Shown: piece after piece, positions 39,032-47,052 of the stretch
Layout: every line of letters begins with the position of its first letter
Numbering within the stretch: the stretch's first letter is position 1
Source of the DNA: an uncultured Candidatus Saccharibacteria bacterium
GTDB taxonomy: Bacteria > Patescibacteriota > Minisyncoccia > Phycocordibacterales > UBA918
Length of the DNA stretch: 64,000 nt
Direction of reading: 5' to 3'
Assembly (NCBI GenBank): GCA_964638425.1
Contig: CAZWYM010000003.1
Location: forward strand, 16,289 to 80,288
The notes under the pieces: generated by a model
The model's input: the letters and a program-made list of their open reading frames with translations, nothing else
Databases searched by the model: none
What the model was told of the DNA's origin: nothing
Translations under genes and position numbers: made by a program

Positions 39032-40153
39032 ATGATTAGTTCTTTGAAAGAAAGTTTCCTTGATTATCATCAGGCACGAGGGTTTTGTATATATGAGTCC
39101 TTTCCTTTGGTAATTGATGACCCTACAATCCTATTCACAAATGCTACAATAACACCATTTAAGTCCATGTTCATGGGAGAGGGGGAGAGAATAAATTATG
39201 CTCTTGTTCAGAAATGTCTACGTTTAGGAGGGACAGGGGGGAATCTTGAAACACCTCGTTCAAACATGAACTACACTTCCTTATTCGATATGCTCGGAAG
39301 CGGACTATTTGATGTTAATCAAGACTCTGCAGTAACTTACTTCGTTGAAGTACTCATCGAGCTTGGTCTCCAGAAAAAAAATCTCGTGTTTAGCACCACT
39401 TATAATTCTGGTTTTGACTTGGCTTTGGAACGAGCAGGAATAAGTGCGAGTCAAATCAGACTCTTCAACGATCCAAAAGAGATCCAGCACGAATGGAGTT
39501 TTGGGGAAGGAGATTTGCATGGTTGTGGAGTGGTGGCTTGGTGTGTTCCTGAAAGCTATCTAGGACACACTTTCGACAGTATCCCACAAGAACTTTTTCA
39601 GTATGTTCAAATAGGAAGGATAGTCCATATCGATGGTGTTGCACGAGTTTCAACTGTAGAGTTGTTCCCATACTCAGCATACGATATGGGAATCGGGTTG
39701 AATAGGGTTGAGGCAGCTCTCAATGGGAACTGTGAAATGTCTATGTATCCATGGAGAATGCTTTCGAAACAACTTCAATCTTCAATACATGGGCTTTATA
39801 AAACCGATGCCCATTACATGGCGAATCTCTATCGTGTAGCTGAGGATCTGATTGGTGAAGGGCTTCTTCCTGGGAAGAAGAAGCATGCTTATGCTCTTCG
39901 GAAAGTAGTACGATTACTTATCGAGGAGATTTGGCTAAAGTCAAAGGCATTGGTAGATATTTACACAGTGTTGCGGGAGTCGATTAACACATCCGCTTAT
40001 CGAGACTTGCTCATCCAGGTTCTTTCTCAGGAAGAAGTAGCTTTACGTGGGGTACTTTCTGTTGCCATACAAAAGCAGAAGAAGTACCCCGGCATGAATC
40101 CTGAAGAACTGCGTTCAACGTTCGGAATTCGTCCGAGCCTTCTCAAGCTTTAA
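39032..40153 (+). CDS. stand-alone alanyl-tRNA-synthetase catalytic-domain paralog (class II aaRS-like amino-acid activating enzyme)
   Basis: The 373 aa sequence ESFLDYHQARGFCIYESFPLVIDDPTILFTNATITPFKSMFMGE…QKCLRLGGTGGNLET…YTSLFDMLGSGLFD aligns with AlaRS motifs FF..GH..V.SSLVP.NDPTLLFTNAGM..FK…QRCVRAGGKHNDLE…HHTFFEMLGNFSFG. It has no tRNA-recognition, editing or C-Ala domains. The bona fide alaS is elsewhere in the window. Confidence 0.7.
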   Translation: MISSLKESFLDYHQARGFCIYESFPLVIDDPTILFTNATITPFKSMFMGEGERINYALVQKCLRLGGTGGNLETPRSNMNYTSLFDMLGSGLFDVNQDSAVTYFVEVLIELGLQKKNLVFSTTYNSGFDLALERAGISASQIRLFNDPKEIQHEWSFGEGDLHGCGVVAWCVPESYLGHTFDSIPQELFQYVQIGRIVHIDGVARVSTVELFPYSAYDMGIGLNRVEAALNGNCEMSMYPWRMLSKQLQSSIHGLYKTDAHYMANLYRVAEDLIGEGLLPGKKKHAYALRKVVRLLIEEIWLKSKALVDIYTVLRESINTSAYRDLLIQVLSQEEVALRGVLSVAIQKQKKYPGMNPEELRSTFGIRPSLLKL

Positions 40154-40380
40154 GCACTAAAAATTTTTAAGAGGTAACAAAACGAGGGTGCCAACACACC
40201 TTCGTTTTTTTATTTTGAATAGCAAGGTGAGAAAATGGGTAAATCTGATTAAATTTGTAGAGACAATCTGATCAGTTGATACCCAAGTATTCTTTTCATA
40301 TATAAAAGCATATCACTTAATATTTCATAAAGAAAATGACGCGAATAATATCGCGTCATTTAGTTTGAGGCATTACATAC

Positions 40381-41139
40381 TTAAGGAACTATATCTGCTA
40401 TTTCGTTGATGACCTGAGCCCATGTAACAATCCTCTTGATGTCTGGAACAGAATCAAATACTCTAACTTCAACTGTACCGTGTGTCGAAATTCGAATCAA
40501 ATCCCAGCACTGTCTTGGGTCTTCTTCACACCCTCTTGCACGCATAGCTTCATGGAATTCTTCCCATGAAGTATATGCCTGAGGAAGTGTGTCTGAAGCC
40601 ATTAGACGATACAGTGCCATTCTTTGCCCGTTGCAAGTATCACCCATATTTTTTAACTCATAGAAATGCTTAATGAGTCGATTATAGACAATAATTGCTT
40701 CGGTTGTATTTCTTACACCAATATGGAAATGTACCGCTGCGACTCGACAAGCAGCGAGAAGCACTTCTTGTGGGAGTCTTTCCACAATACGGGCATATCT
40801 ACCTGTTGGATCAGGATACACTTCTACAGACATCTCTTGAGGGGCCACTGGTATATGCTCCAGTTTAAGTCCGAGAGTACTAGCAGCTTCAGCAGCTGTT
40901 TTTTCAATTTGAAAAAGCTCAGCGTAGAGATTACTTAGCAAGGTTGGACTTGTACGCATTTCTAATTGACAAGCAGAAAGCTCATAACCGTATTTCCCAT
41001 TTTTCGGTAAAAGATTAAGAACCGATACCGCATGTGGAACAATTACATTGCCATCCATCAGAAAGCATTCTCGTTCAACACCAAAATGTCCTCTATGTTC
41101 AGGCTTAAAGCAAAACCTACCCGTAAACGAATTATTCAT
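40381..41139 (-). CDS. GCS2-family carboxylate-amine ligase (YbdK/EgtA-like glutamate-cysteine ligase family 2)
   Basis: The motifs HFGVERECFLMD (compare YbdK LGIELEMQVV), AVHFHIGV (compare HVHVGC) and GTVEVRVFD (compare GTVEVRVMD) are present. The start was chosen at ATG 41139, preceded by AAAGGGGTG. The ORF caller extended it to 41235. Confidence 0.65.
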   Translation of the reverse strand: MNNSFTGRFCFKPEHRGHFGVERECFLMDGNVIVPHAVSVLNLLPKNGKYGYELSACQLEMRTSPTLLSNLYAELFQIEKTAAEAASTLGLKLEHIPVAPQEMSVEVYPDPTGRYARIVERLPQEVLLAACRVAAVHFHIGVRNTTEAIIVYNRLIKHFYELKNMGDTCNGQRMALYRLMASDTLPQAYTSWEEFHEAMRARGCEEDPRQCWDLIRISTHGTVEVRVFDSVPDIKRIVTWAQVINEIADIVP

Positions 41140-41600
41140 TTCTACACCCCTTTCAAGGATAAAAGATTTAAAAGAACAAAATATATTCGAAGAATTTTTT
41201 GTTGAAATATAATCAACAAAAAAACTCCTCGTCACTGCACATGTTTAATAAACATGTAAAGGGACGAGGAGTTTTATCAACTCACGTGGTACCACCCTCT
41301 TTAGAATTTACATTTCAAAATAAATTCACTTATTGACTCATACACATACCACATTAAGGTATGCAGACATCAATTATCCCATGATTACGGAGGATGCCGG
41401 ACTTTCACTAACGCAGTAGTCACCCTTCTTCACTTGGAAGAAAATTGTGGCCCAATCTCGTACAATTTCAAATTGACGAGACCACAATATGGGTTTTCAG
41501 TGCTCAGAACGAACTACAATAACTAAATTTGATAGTACCGTAGAAAAACACTCCATGCAAATGCTGGTTAACTGAAGCGGATTTTTGTTATAATCACATA

Positions 41601-42044
41601 ATGCAATACAGCAATAATATTCAAATTGTTCTTGATATTCTCAAAAACGAAGTTGATGGGGATATTTCTAGTGCACTTGAGAAAATGACTTCAGACTACT
41701 CAATGACGTGGATGTATCAAAAAGGGGAGTCGTTTTTCCCTGTGGTAAAAAGTGACATGCCTAAGAAACTCGAAGACGTGTATCCCATACAGGGGAGAAA
41801 GTATGACATTCGAAACATTACCGAAGGGAATGATGTCGTTATGATTGAGGTTATTGAAAGCTATCCTGACCCAGAGACGGGGAAACTGTACAAAACTCCG
41901 CAAGTCATAGTCCTTGAAATGGAAGAGGGGAAGATTAAAACAGGAAGACACTACTGTGACCCTCGACTCTCACACGCCAATCTTTCAGACGAACAGATAA
42001 ATTCCGCACTCAATGACACTGATACAAAGGTAGAAATAAAGTAG
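41601..42044 (+). CDS. hypothetical protein, NTF2/SnoaL-like fold suspected
   Basis: A 147 aa acidic protein. Its size and alternating pattern fit an NTF2-like fold. The match is weak. Confidence 0.3.
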   Translation: MQYSNNIQIVLDILKNEVDGDISSALEKMTSDYSMTWMYQKGESFFPVVKSDMPKKLEDVYPIQGRKYDIRNITEGNDVVMIEVIESYPDPETGKLYKTPQVIVLEMEEGKIKTGRHYCDPRLSHANLSDEQINSALNDTDTKVEIK

Positions 42045-42047
42045 GCT

Positions 42048-42479
42048 CTAGTTTGTCCCGAGACTCGAAATTAATTTTTCGACCAAAGCTTTGATTTGAT
42101 CAAGAGTTTTTTCTGATATCTCCCGCGTCGCAAATTTCGGATTTTCGATTTCCCACCATACCACTTTTTGATTCTCACTAAGAAACTCTGGAATAAAGGG
42201 GTGCTCAGCCATAGAGATTACAACATCGAATTCCTCAATCATTTCAGGAGTAAGTTTCTTCATTCTGTTATTTCTGATACTCATCCCATTCTCTTCCATG
42301 AGTTCAAAAAAGTCAGGAGTTCGAAAGTATTTTTGGATAAGGTCATTATCTGGAGCATCATCCGCACCCACATACGTTCCAGCAGAATCAGCGTTAGATG
42401 ATTGTGTTAATTTATTATACAAAGCAGCCGCCATTTGGCTCCTAAACTGATTGTATTTGCAGATAAAGAGTACTTTCAT
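42048..42479 (-). CDS. low-molecular-weight phosphotyrosine phosphatase/ArsC-family arsenate reductase
   Basis: An N-terminal P-loop (VLFICKYNQFRSQMAAAL, a CX5R motif) is diagnostic of the LMW-PTP/ArsC fold. Confidence 0.7.
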   Translation of the reverse strand: MKVLFICKYNQFRSQMAAALYNKLTQSSNADSAGTYVGADDAPDNDLIQKYFRTPDFFELMEENGMSIRNNRMKKLTPEMIEEFDVVISMAEHPFIPEFLSENQKVVWWEIENPKFATREISEKTLDQIKALVEKLISSLGTN

Positions 42480-43444
42480 AATGAAAATGATTTTACTGGT
42501 CGCGAATAAAAGAGAACCTCCTCATCATAGCTGTTCGGAATAACACCTTGCGGACAAAAAACAACATGGCAATCAAATGGTGTAAACACGGGGCCTGTGT
42601 CACCTGAAGCAATGAGTGTCTGTGCGGGTAGATATTCAAAATTTTTTAAAGGTTTGTTCAGTGTGAATGTTTTATTGGGGAAAATTAGTGAATCATCAAT
42701 ATAATATTCAACATGTTCATGTGTAGTAACCTCCTTAACAGGTTCAATCATATTAAGATTTTGCAACAAGGCGAGAGTTGAATCTATAGCAATTTTGAAT
42801 GAACGAGGACTTTCGTGCGTACCAGACTCAATGACAAGAACAGAAGCTGGATTAGTAGTAGCTCCATAAAAACTACTAACGGGCTTTCCGATTTGAACTG
42901 TATCTATATTTGAAATAACTAATTGGATAGGGAAGCCACGTACTAAATCAGTCCGCAGTGAGCCATTGAGGTTAATGATCATTGGATCTGAATCTTGTGT
43001 TGTACTATGAATATCAAGCCCAAACTCAAATTCCTGGAAAATTGGTAAAAGTTCCTTTGTACGTAAAACTTCATATGATGAATGACTGTTGTTTTTGAGT
43101 AAATCATCCGGTAGACGGTTCATATTTACATCAACAAACCTCGCGCGAACCCTCTCTTCAGTTGTACTTGCTTTAAAATTATTTTCTGCGGCTTTTATAT
43201 TATTCAAAACAAGATAAACAGAACCTTTTAAAAGCTTCTGTCTAAGTTTAAATTCATCTAGTAAATATTGAAATACAGCGAGTCCTGAAGGTTCATTACC
43301 GTGAGTACAGGCAGTAATTCCTAAAACTGGACCTGGTTCATTTCCTTGAATTAAAACAACTCCAGGAACACCATTATGCTCCATACTCTTAATTCTATTC
43401 AGAATACCTTCGAGATCATTCATATCTATATACCGTAACAACAA
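42476..43444 (-). CDS. succinylglutamate desuccinylase/aspartoacylase (AstE/AspA) family zinc deacylase
   Basis: The motifs ITACTHGNEPSG (compare AstE ISAGIHGNE) and GLDIHST (compare HLDLHTA) are present. It overlaps the ArsC gene by 4 nt. Confidence 0.7.
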   Translation of the reverse strand: MLLRYIDMNDLEGILNRIKSMEHNGVPGVVLIQGNEPGPVLGITACTHGNEPSGLAVFQYLLDEFKLRQKLLKGSVYLVLNNIKAAENNFKASTTEERVRARFVDVNMNRLPDDLLKNNSHSSYEVLRTKELLPIFQEFEFGLDIHSTTQDSDPMIINLNGSLRTDLVRGFPIQLVISNIDTVQIGKPVSSFYGATTNPASVLVIESGTHESPRSFKIAIDSTLALLQNLNMIEPVKEVTTHEHVEYYIDDSLIFPNKTFTLNKPLKNFEYLPAQTLIASGDTGPVFTPFDCHVVFCPQGVIPNSYDEEVLFYSRPVKSFSL

Positions 43445-43486
43445 ACATCCTAAGAAGCAAAGAGGGAGAACAGGAGCTTTGTAAAC

Positions 43487-43529
43487 GGCTGGTATTTTGG
43501 TACTATTTTGTGATACCTATGAAAAAGAA
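43487..43529 (+). repeat. direct repeat copy 1 (duplicate of trpS promoter/5' end)
   Basis: The sequence CTTTGTAAACGGCTGGTATTTTGGTACTATTTTGTGATACCTATGAAAAAG. It is 51/52 identical to 44503-44554. Confidence 0.7.
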
Positions 43530-44496
43530 AACTCTCCATGATGTAAAATCGCCTGTTATATATCAAGCAAAGTCTGGTGCTATTGAATTGCGTGGTGACT
43601 TGGAAAAAGAGACTGTTTGGGCAACACTTGACCAAATCGCTACAGTTTTCGGGCGTGATAAATCAGTAATTTCTCGACACCTAAAAAATATTTTTAGTGA
43701 AGGTGAACTATCAAGAGCTTCAGTTGTTGCAAAAAATGCAACAACTGCCGCAGATGGAAAAACGTATAATGTTGAATACTACAATCTTGATGTAATTATT
43801 TCAGTCGGATATCGCGTTAACTCAAAGATTGCTACGCAGTTCCGCCAATGGGCGACCAGGACACTCCGCGAACACATCGTAAAAGGGTACACGCTTAACC
43901 GGAAGCGGATTGGGGCAAACTATGATGCTTTTATGAAGAGTGTGAGTGACATCCAAGCCCTCCTTCCTGAACATGTAACTCTCGACCCAAAGGCTGTTCT
44001 TGAACTTATTAAAGAATTTGCGAGCACGTGGGTTTCACTTGATGCATACGACAAAGAATCTCTCATACTTAAGGGTGTTAGTAAAAAGAAAGTGACTTTG
44101 GTGAGTGATGAACTCTATAAAGCAATTCAAATACTGAAACATGACCTAGAAAAGAAAGGCGAGGCCACAGAAATTTTTGCTCACGAGCGTCGTGAAGGAA
44201 ACCTCGAAGGTATTGTAGGAAATGTCATGCAGTCATTTGGTGGAAAGTCTGTATATCCGACAGTGGAAGAGAAGGCAGCGCACTTACTTTACTTCATGGT
44301 AAAAAATCATCCATTTACCGATGGTAATAAGCGTTCAGGTGCGTTTGCGTTTATATGGTTCCTCAGAAAAACTGGAGTGAAAGGAGCCAAAAACATCAAC
44401 CCATCGGCACTTACAGCACTCACGCTCCTTATTGCAGAAAGTGACCCGAAAAGGAAAGAACAAATGGTCGCTCTTGTGACACAGATGTTGCGATAA
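43519..44496 (+). CDS. RhuM-domain / Fic-Doc family fusion protein (toxin-like)
   Basis: The N-terminal RhuM-like region is (…SVISRHLKNIFSEGEL…NVEYYNLDVIISVGYRVNSKIATQFRQWAT…). The C-terminal Fic/Doc motif is HPFTDGNKRSGAFAFIWFL. The start is at ATG 43519. The ORF caller used GTG 43510. Confidence 0.75.
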   Translation: MKKKTLHDVKSPVIYQAKSGAIELRGDLEKETVWATLDQIATVFGRDKSVISRHLKNIFSEGELSRASVVAKNATTAADGKTYNVEYYNLDVIISVGYRVNSKIATQFRQWATRTLREHIVKGYTLNRKRIGANYDAFMKSVSDIQALLPEHVTLDPKAVLELIKEFASTWVSLDAYDKESLILKGVSKKKVTLVSDELYKAIQILKHDLEKKGEATEIFAHERREGNLEGIVGNVMQSFGGKSVYPTVEEKAAHLLYFMVKNHPFTDGNKRSGAFAFIWFLRKTGVKGAKNINPSALTALTLLIAESDPKRKEQMVALVTQMLR

Positions 44497-44502
44497 ACAC
44501 TC

Positions 44503-44554
44503 CTTTGTAAATGGCTGGTATTTTGGTACTATTTTGTGATACCTATGAAAAAAA
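44503..44554 (+). repeat. direct repeat copy 2 (native trpS promoter/5' end)
   Basis: See copy 1. It contains a candidate promoter, TTGTAA-N16-TACTAT. Confidence 0.7.
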
Positions 44555-45483
44555 GACTACTTACAGGGATGCAACCTTCAGGTGCGCTCCATATTGGAAA
44601 TTACTTTGGCGCACTCAAACCATTTGTTGATGTATACAAGGACTTCGACAGCCACATCATGGTTGCTGACCTTCATGCACTCACCTCACTTCGTGACCCA
44701 AAGACACTTCGTCAAAATATCATCGACGTTGTAAAGGACTACGTAGCGGTCGGAGTGAACCCCGATGAGGCAATTCTCTTTAAGCAATCAGACGTACCGG
44801 AGCATACTGAGCTTGCATGGATTTTTGAGTGTCTCGTTACCGTTCCATTCCTCAATCAAGCACACGCATACAAAGACAAAGTAGCGAAAGGACTCGAAGC
44901 AAACGCAGGTCTCTTCAACTACCCAATGCTTATGGCGTCTGACATTCTCCTCTATGACGTGGATGCGGTACCTGTAGGAGAAGACCAACGACAACACATT
45001 GAGTACGCGCGGGAAGCGAGTACGAAGTTTAATAACGCATACGGAGAAACCTTCACCATGCCAAAGGAGATGATACTTGCTGGTGTTGGTGTTGTACCGG
45101 GGACTGACGGACAGAAGATGAGTAAGAGTTACAAAAACACCATTCCACTTTTCGGTACAACAGATGAAATTACAAAAGCAGTTATGAGTATCGTGACTGA
45201 TTCGAGTGGAGAACTACCAAAGAACGTATACGCTATTCACACTCTCTTTAGAAGCAAGGAAGCGCTTGATGCACTCTACGCAGAACACGCAGGGAAGTAC
45301 AAGAACCTCAAGGATGCACTTATTGCTGATATAGAAGCAGTTGTTTCTCCTATGCGCGAGAAGCGAGCAAGCATTACCGATGCAAACGTAGCATACATCC
45401 TCAAAGATGGAGCAGAGAAGGCACGAGTACGCGCATCAAAGAAGATGCAGGAAATTCGTGAGAAGGTTGGTATTTCGCTCTAA
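44545..45483 (+). CDS. trpS: tryptophanyl-tRNA synthetase
   Basis: Class I HIGH-type motif (PSGALHIGNYFGAL), KMSKS and full-length TrpRS similarity. Confidence 0.9.
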   Translation: MKKRLLTGMQPSGALHIGNYFGALKPFVDVYKDFDSHIMVADLHALTSLRDPKTLRQNIIDVVKDYVAVGVNPDEAILFKQSDVPEHTELAWIFECLVTVPFLNQAHAYKDKVAKGLEANAGLFNYPMLMASDILLYDVDAVPVGEDQRQHIEYAREASTKFNNAYGETFTMPKEMILAGVGVVPGTDGQKMSKSYKNTIPLFGTTDEITKAVMSIVTDSSGELPKNVYAIHTLFRSKEALDALYAEHAGKYKNLKDALIADIEAVVSPMREKRASITDANVAYILKDGAEKARVRASKKMQEIREKVGISL

Positions 45484-45487
45484 TTTC

Positions 45488-45645
45488 TTGACGGAGAGGC
45501 GGGTACGCAGTACTCTACTAGTAACCAACGACGCAGCTGACAACTGCCGAGGCATGCAAACAAAATGAGTGTCTCCTGTGATTTGGCGAAGCCAAATCAC
45601 AGGAGAAAGTAGGGTGGCACCGCGGAATTCTCAATGAGAAACCGC
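45488..45645 (+). promoter_or_regulatory. T-box riboswitch leader (probable Asp specifier) upstream of aspS
   Basis: The sequence TAGGGTGGCACCGCGG at 45610-45625 matches the T-box core consensus (A)AUUAGGGUGGNACCGCGG. A perfect 15-bp Stem III-like hairpin, CTCCTGTGATTTGGC-gaag-GCCAAATCACAGGAG, lies immediately upstream at 45571-45603. The antiterminator can be drawn as AGGG/UGGCACC/GCGG…CCGC/CCCU. The Stem I region contains GCUGACA, a GNUGA-like motif followed by GAC-A. Confidence 0.55.
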
Positions 45646-45705
45646 CCCTGCAGAAATTATTTAACTAATTCTGTGGGTGATTTCTAATTTCCCACTACAT
45701 TCATT

Positions 45706-47052
45706 ATGGAAAGAATTCTCATCAACGATTTAAAAAAGCATCTCGAACAAGAAGTTCTCATTCAAGGTTCAGTTAACGTAGCGCGAAATCAGGGGAAGGT
45801 AGCCTTCTTTGATTTTCGTGACCGTACCGGCATCGTACAAGGAGTCATTTTTGGAAAGCCTGAACTACTCGAGGCGACGAAGTCGCTCCGCGCAGAGTGT
45901 ATTGTTTCTGTTACTGGCGTACTGCATGCACGACCAGAAAAGATGATTAATCCAAATGTTCAAAACGGTGACATCGAACTCGAAATCACCGGACTCGAAC
46001 TCTTAAATGAAGCTGAAGCATTGCCATTTGATTTGGACGGAGAACTCAATATCGACACACTCCTCGACTACCGACCACTCACGCTACGGCGAAAGCATGA
46101 GCAAGCTATTTTTAAAGTACAGCACACTATTCTCAAGTCATACCGCGCATTCCTTACCGGAGAAGGCTTCGTAGAATTCCAAGCGCCGAAGCTCGTGGGT
46201 GGTGACGCGGAGGGAGGGGCGGAGGTATTCCAAGTAGAGTATTTCAATGAACACAAAGCGTACCTCGCTACCAGTCCACAACTCTACAAGCAAATGATGG
46301 TTGGCGTCTTTGAACGTGTCTTTTCAACGGGAGCTACCTTCCGTGCAGAAAAAAGTGCAACGACTCGTCACCTCAGTGAAATCACCATGCTCGACCTTGA
46401 GATGGGATTCATTAAGGACCACACCGATGTAACCGCGCTCGTCACAAAGCTTATGAATGCTATTGTCGCGACCGTAGCAACGGAATGTGCAGACGAACTT
46501 GCACTCCTCAATATGCCCGTACCACTCGCACCTGAGACATACCCAATCTTCACCCTTAGAGAAGCACAAGAACTTATTTTGAAAGAAACGGGTGTCGACA
46601 AGACAAAGGAACCTGACCTCGAACCAGAAGACGAGCGTTTCCTCTGCGAATACGCAAATAAGAACCTCAGCTCTGACTTCGTATTTGTTACCCACTTCCC
46701 AACAAAGAAGCGTTCATTCTACACACATGTCGACCCAGAGAACCCAGAATACACACGAAGCTTCGACCTACTCTTCCGTGGACTTGAAATGTGTTCAGGT
46801 GGTCAGCGTGTACATAATTACGAAACACTCAAGTCACGCATCGCAGAAAAGGGACTCGACCCAGAGAAATTTGAATACTACCTTCAAGCATTCAAGTACG
46901 GTATTCCTCCACATGGTGGTATTGGTATGGGACTCGAACGTCTCACAGCAAAGCTCTGTGGTGTAGGGAACGTAAAGGAAGCAACACTCTTCCCACGAGA
47001 CATCAATCGCATCGACACCTTACTCACTAAGAATACAGACAATGCAGATTAA
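45706..47052 (+). CDS. aspS: aspartyl-tRNA synthetase, archaeal/type-2 (class IIb; AsnRS not excluded)
   Basis: A 448 aa ORF with an N-terminal OB anticodon-binding domain and class II motifs (FRAEKSATTRHLSEITMLDLEM, QSPQ-like ATSPQLYKQ, GGIGMGLERL). Confidence 0.8.
   Translation: MERILINDLKKHLEQEVLIQGSVNVARNQGKVAFFDFRDRTGIVQGVIFGKPELLEATKSLRAECIVSVTGVLHARPEKMINPNVQNGDIELEITGLELLNEAEALPFDLDGELNIDTLLDYRPLTLRRKHEQAIFKVQHTILKSYRAFLTGEGFVEFQAPKLVGGDAEGGAEVFQVEYFNEHKAYLATSPQLYKQMMVGVFERVFSTGATFRAEKSATTRHLSEITMLDLEMGFIKDHTDVTALVTKLMNAIVATVATECADELALLNMPVPLAPETYPIFTLREAQELILKETGVDKTKEPDLEPEDERFLCEYANKNLSSDFVFVTHFPTKKRSFYTHVDPENPEYTRSFDLLFRGLEMCSGGQRVHNYETLKSRIAEKGLDPEKFEYYLQAFKYGIPPHGGIGMGLERLTAKLCGVGNVKEATLFPRDINRIDTLLTKNTDNAD

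Noticed and set aside
45626-45705. Intrinsic terminator completing the T-box
   Set aside because: I looked for a sequence complementary to CCGCCCCU followed by a U-tract. I found only a weak GTGGG…CCCAC hairpin without a U-run. The T-box call therefore rests on the core motif and Stem III only.
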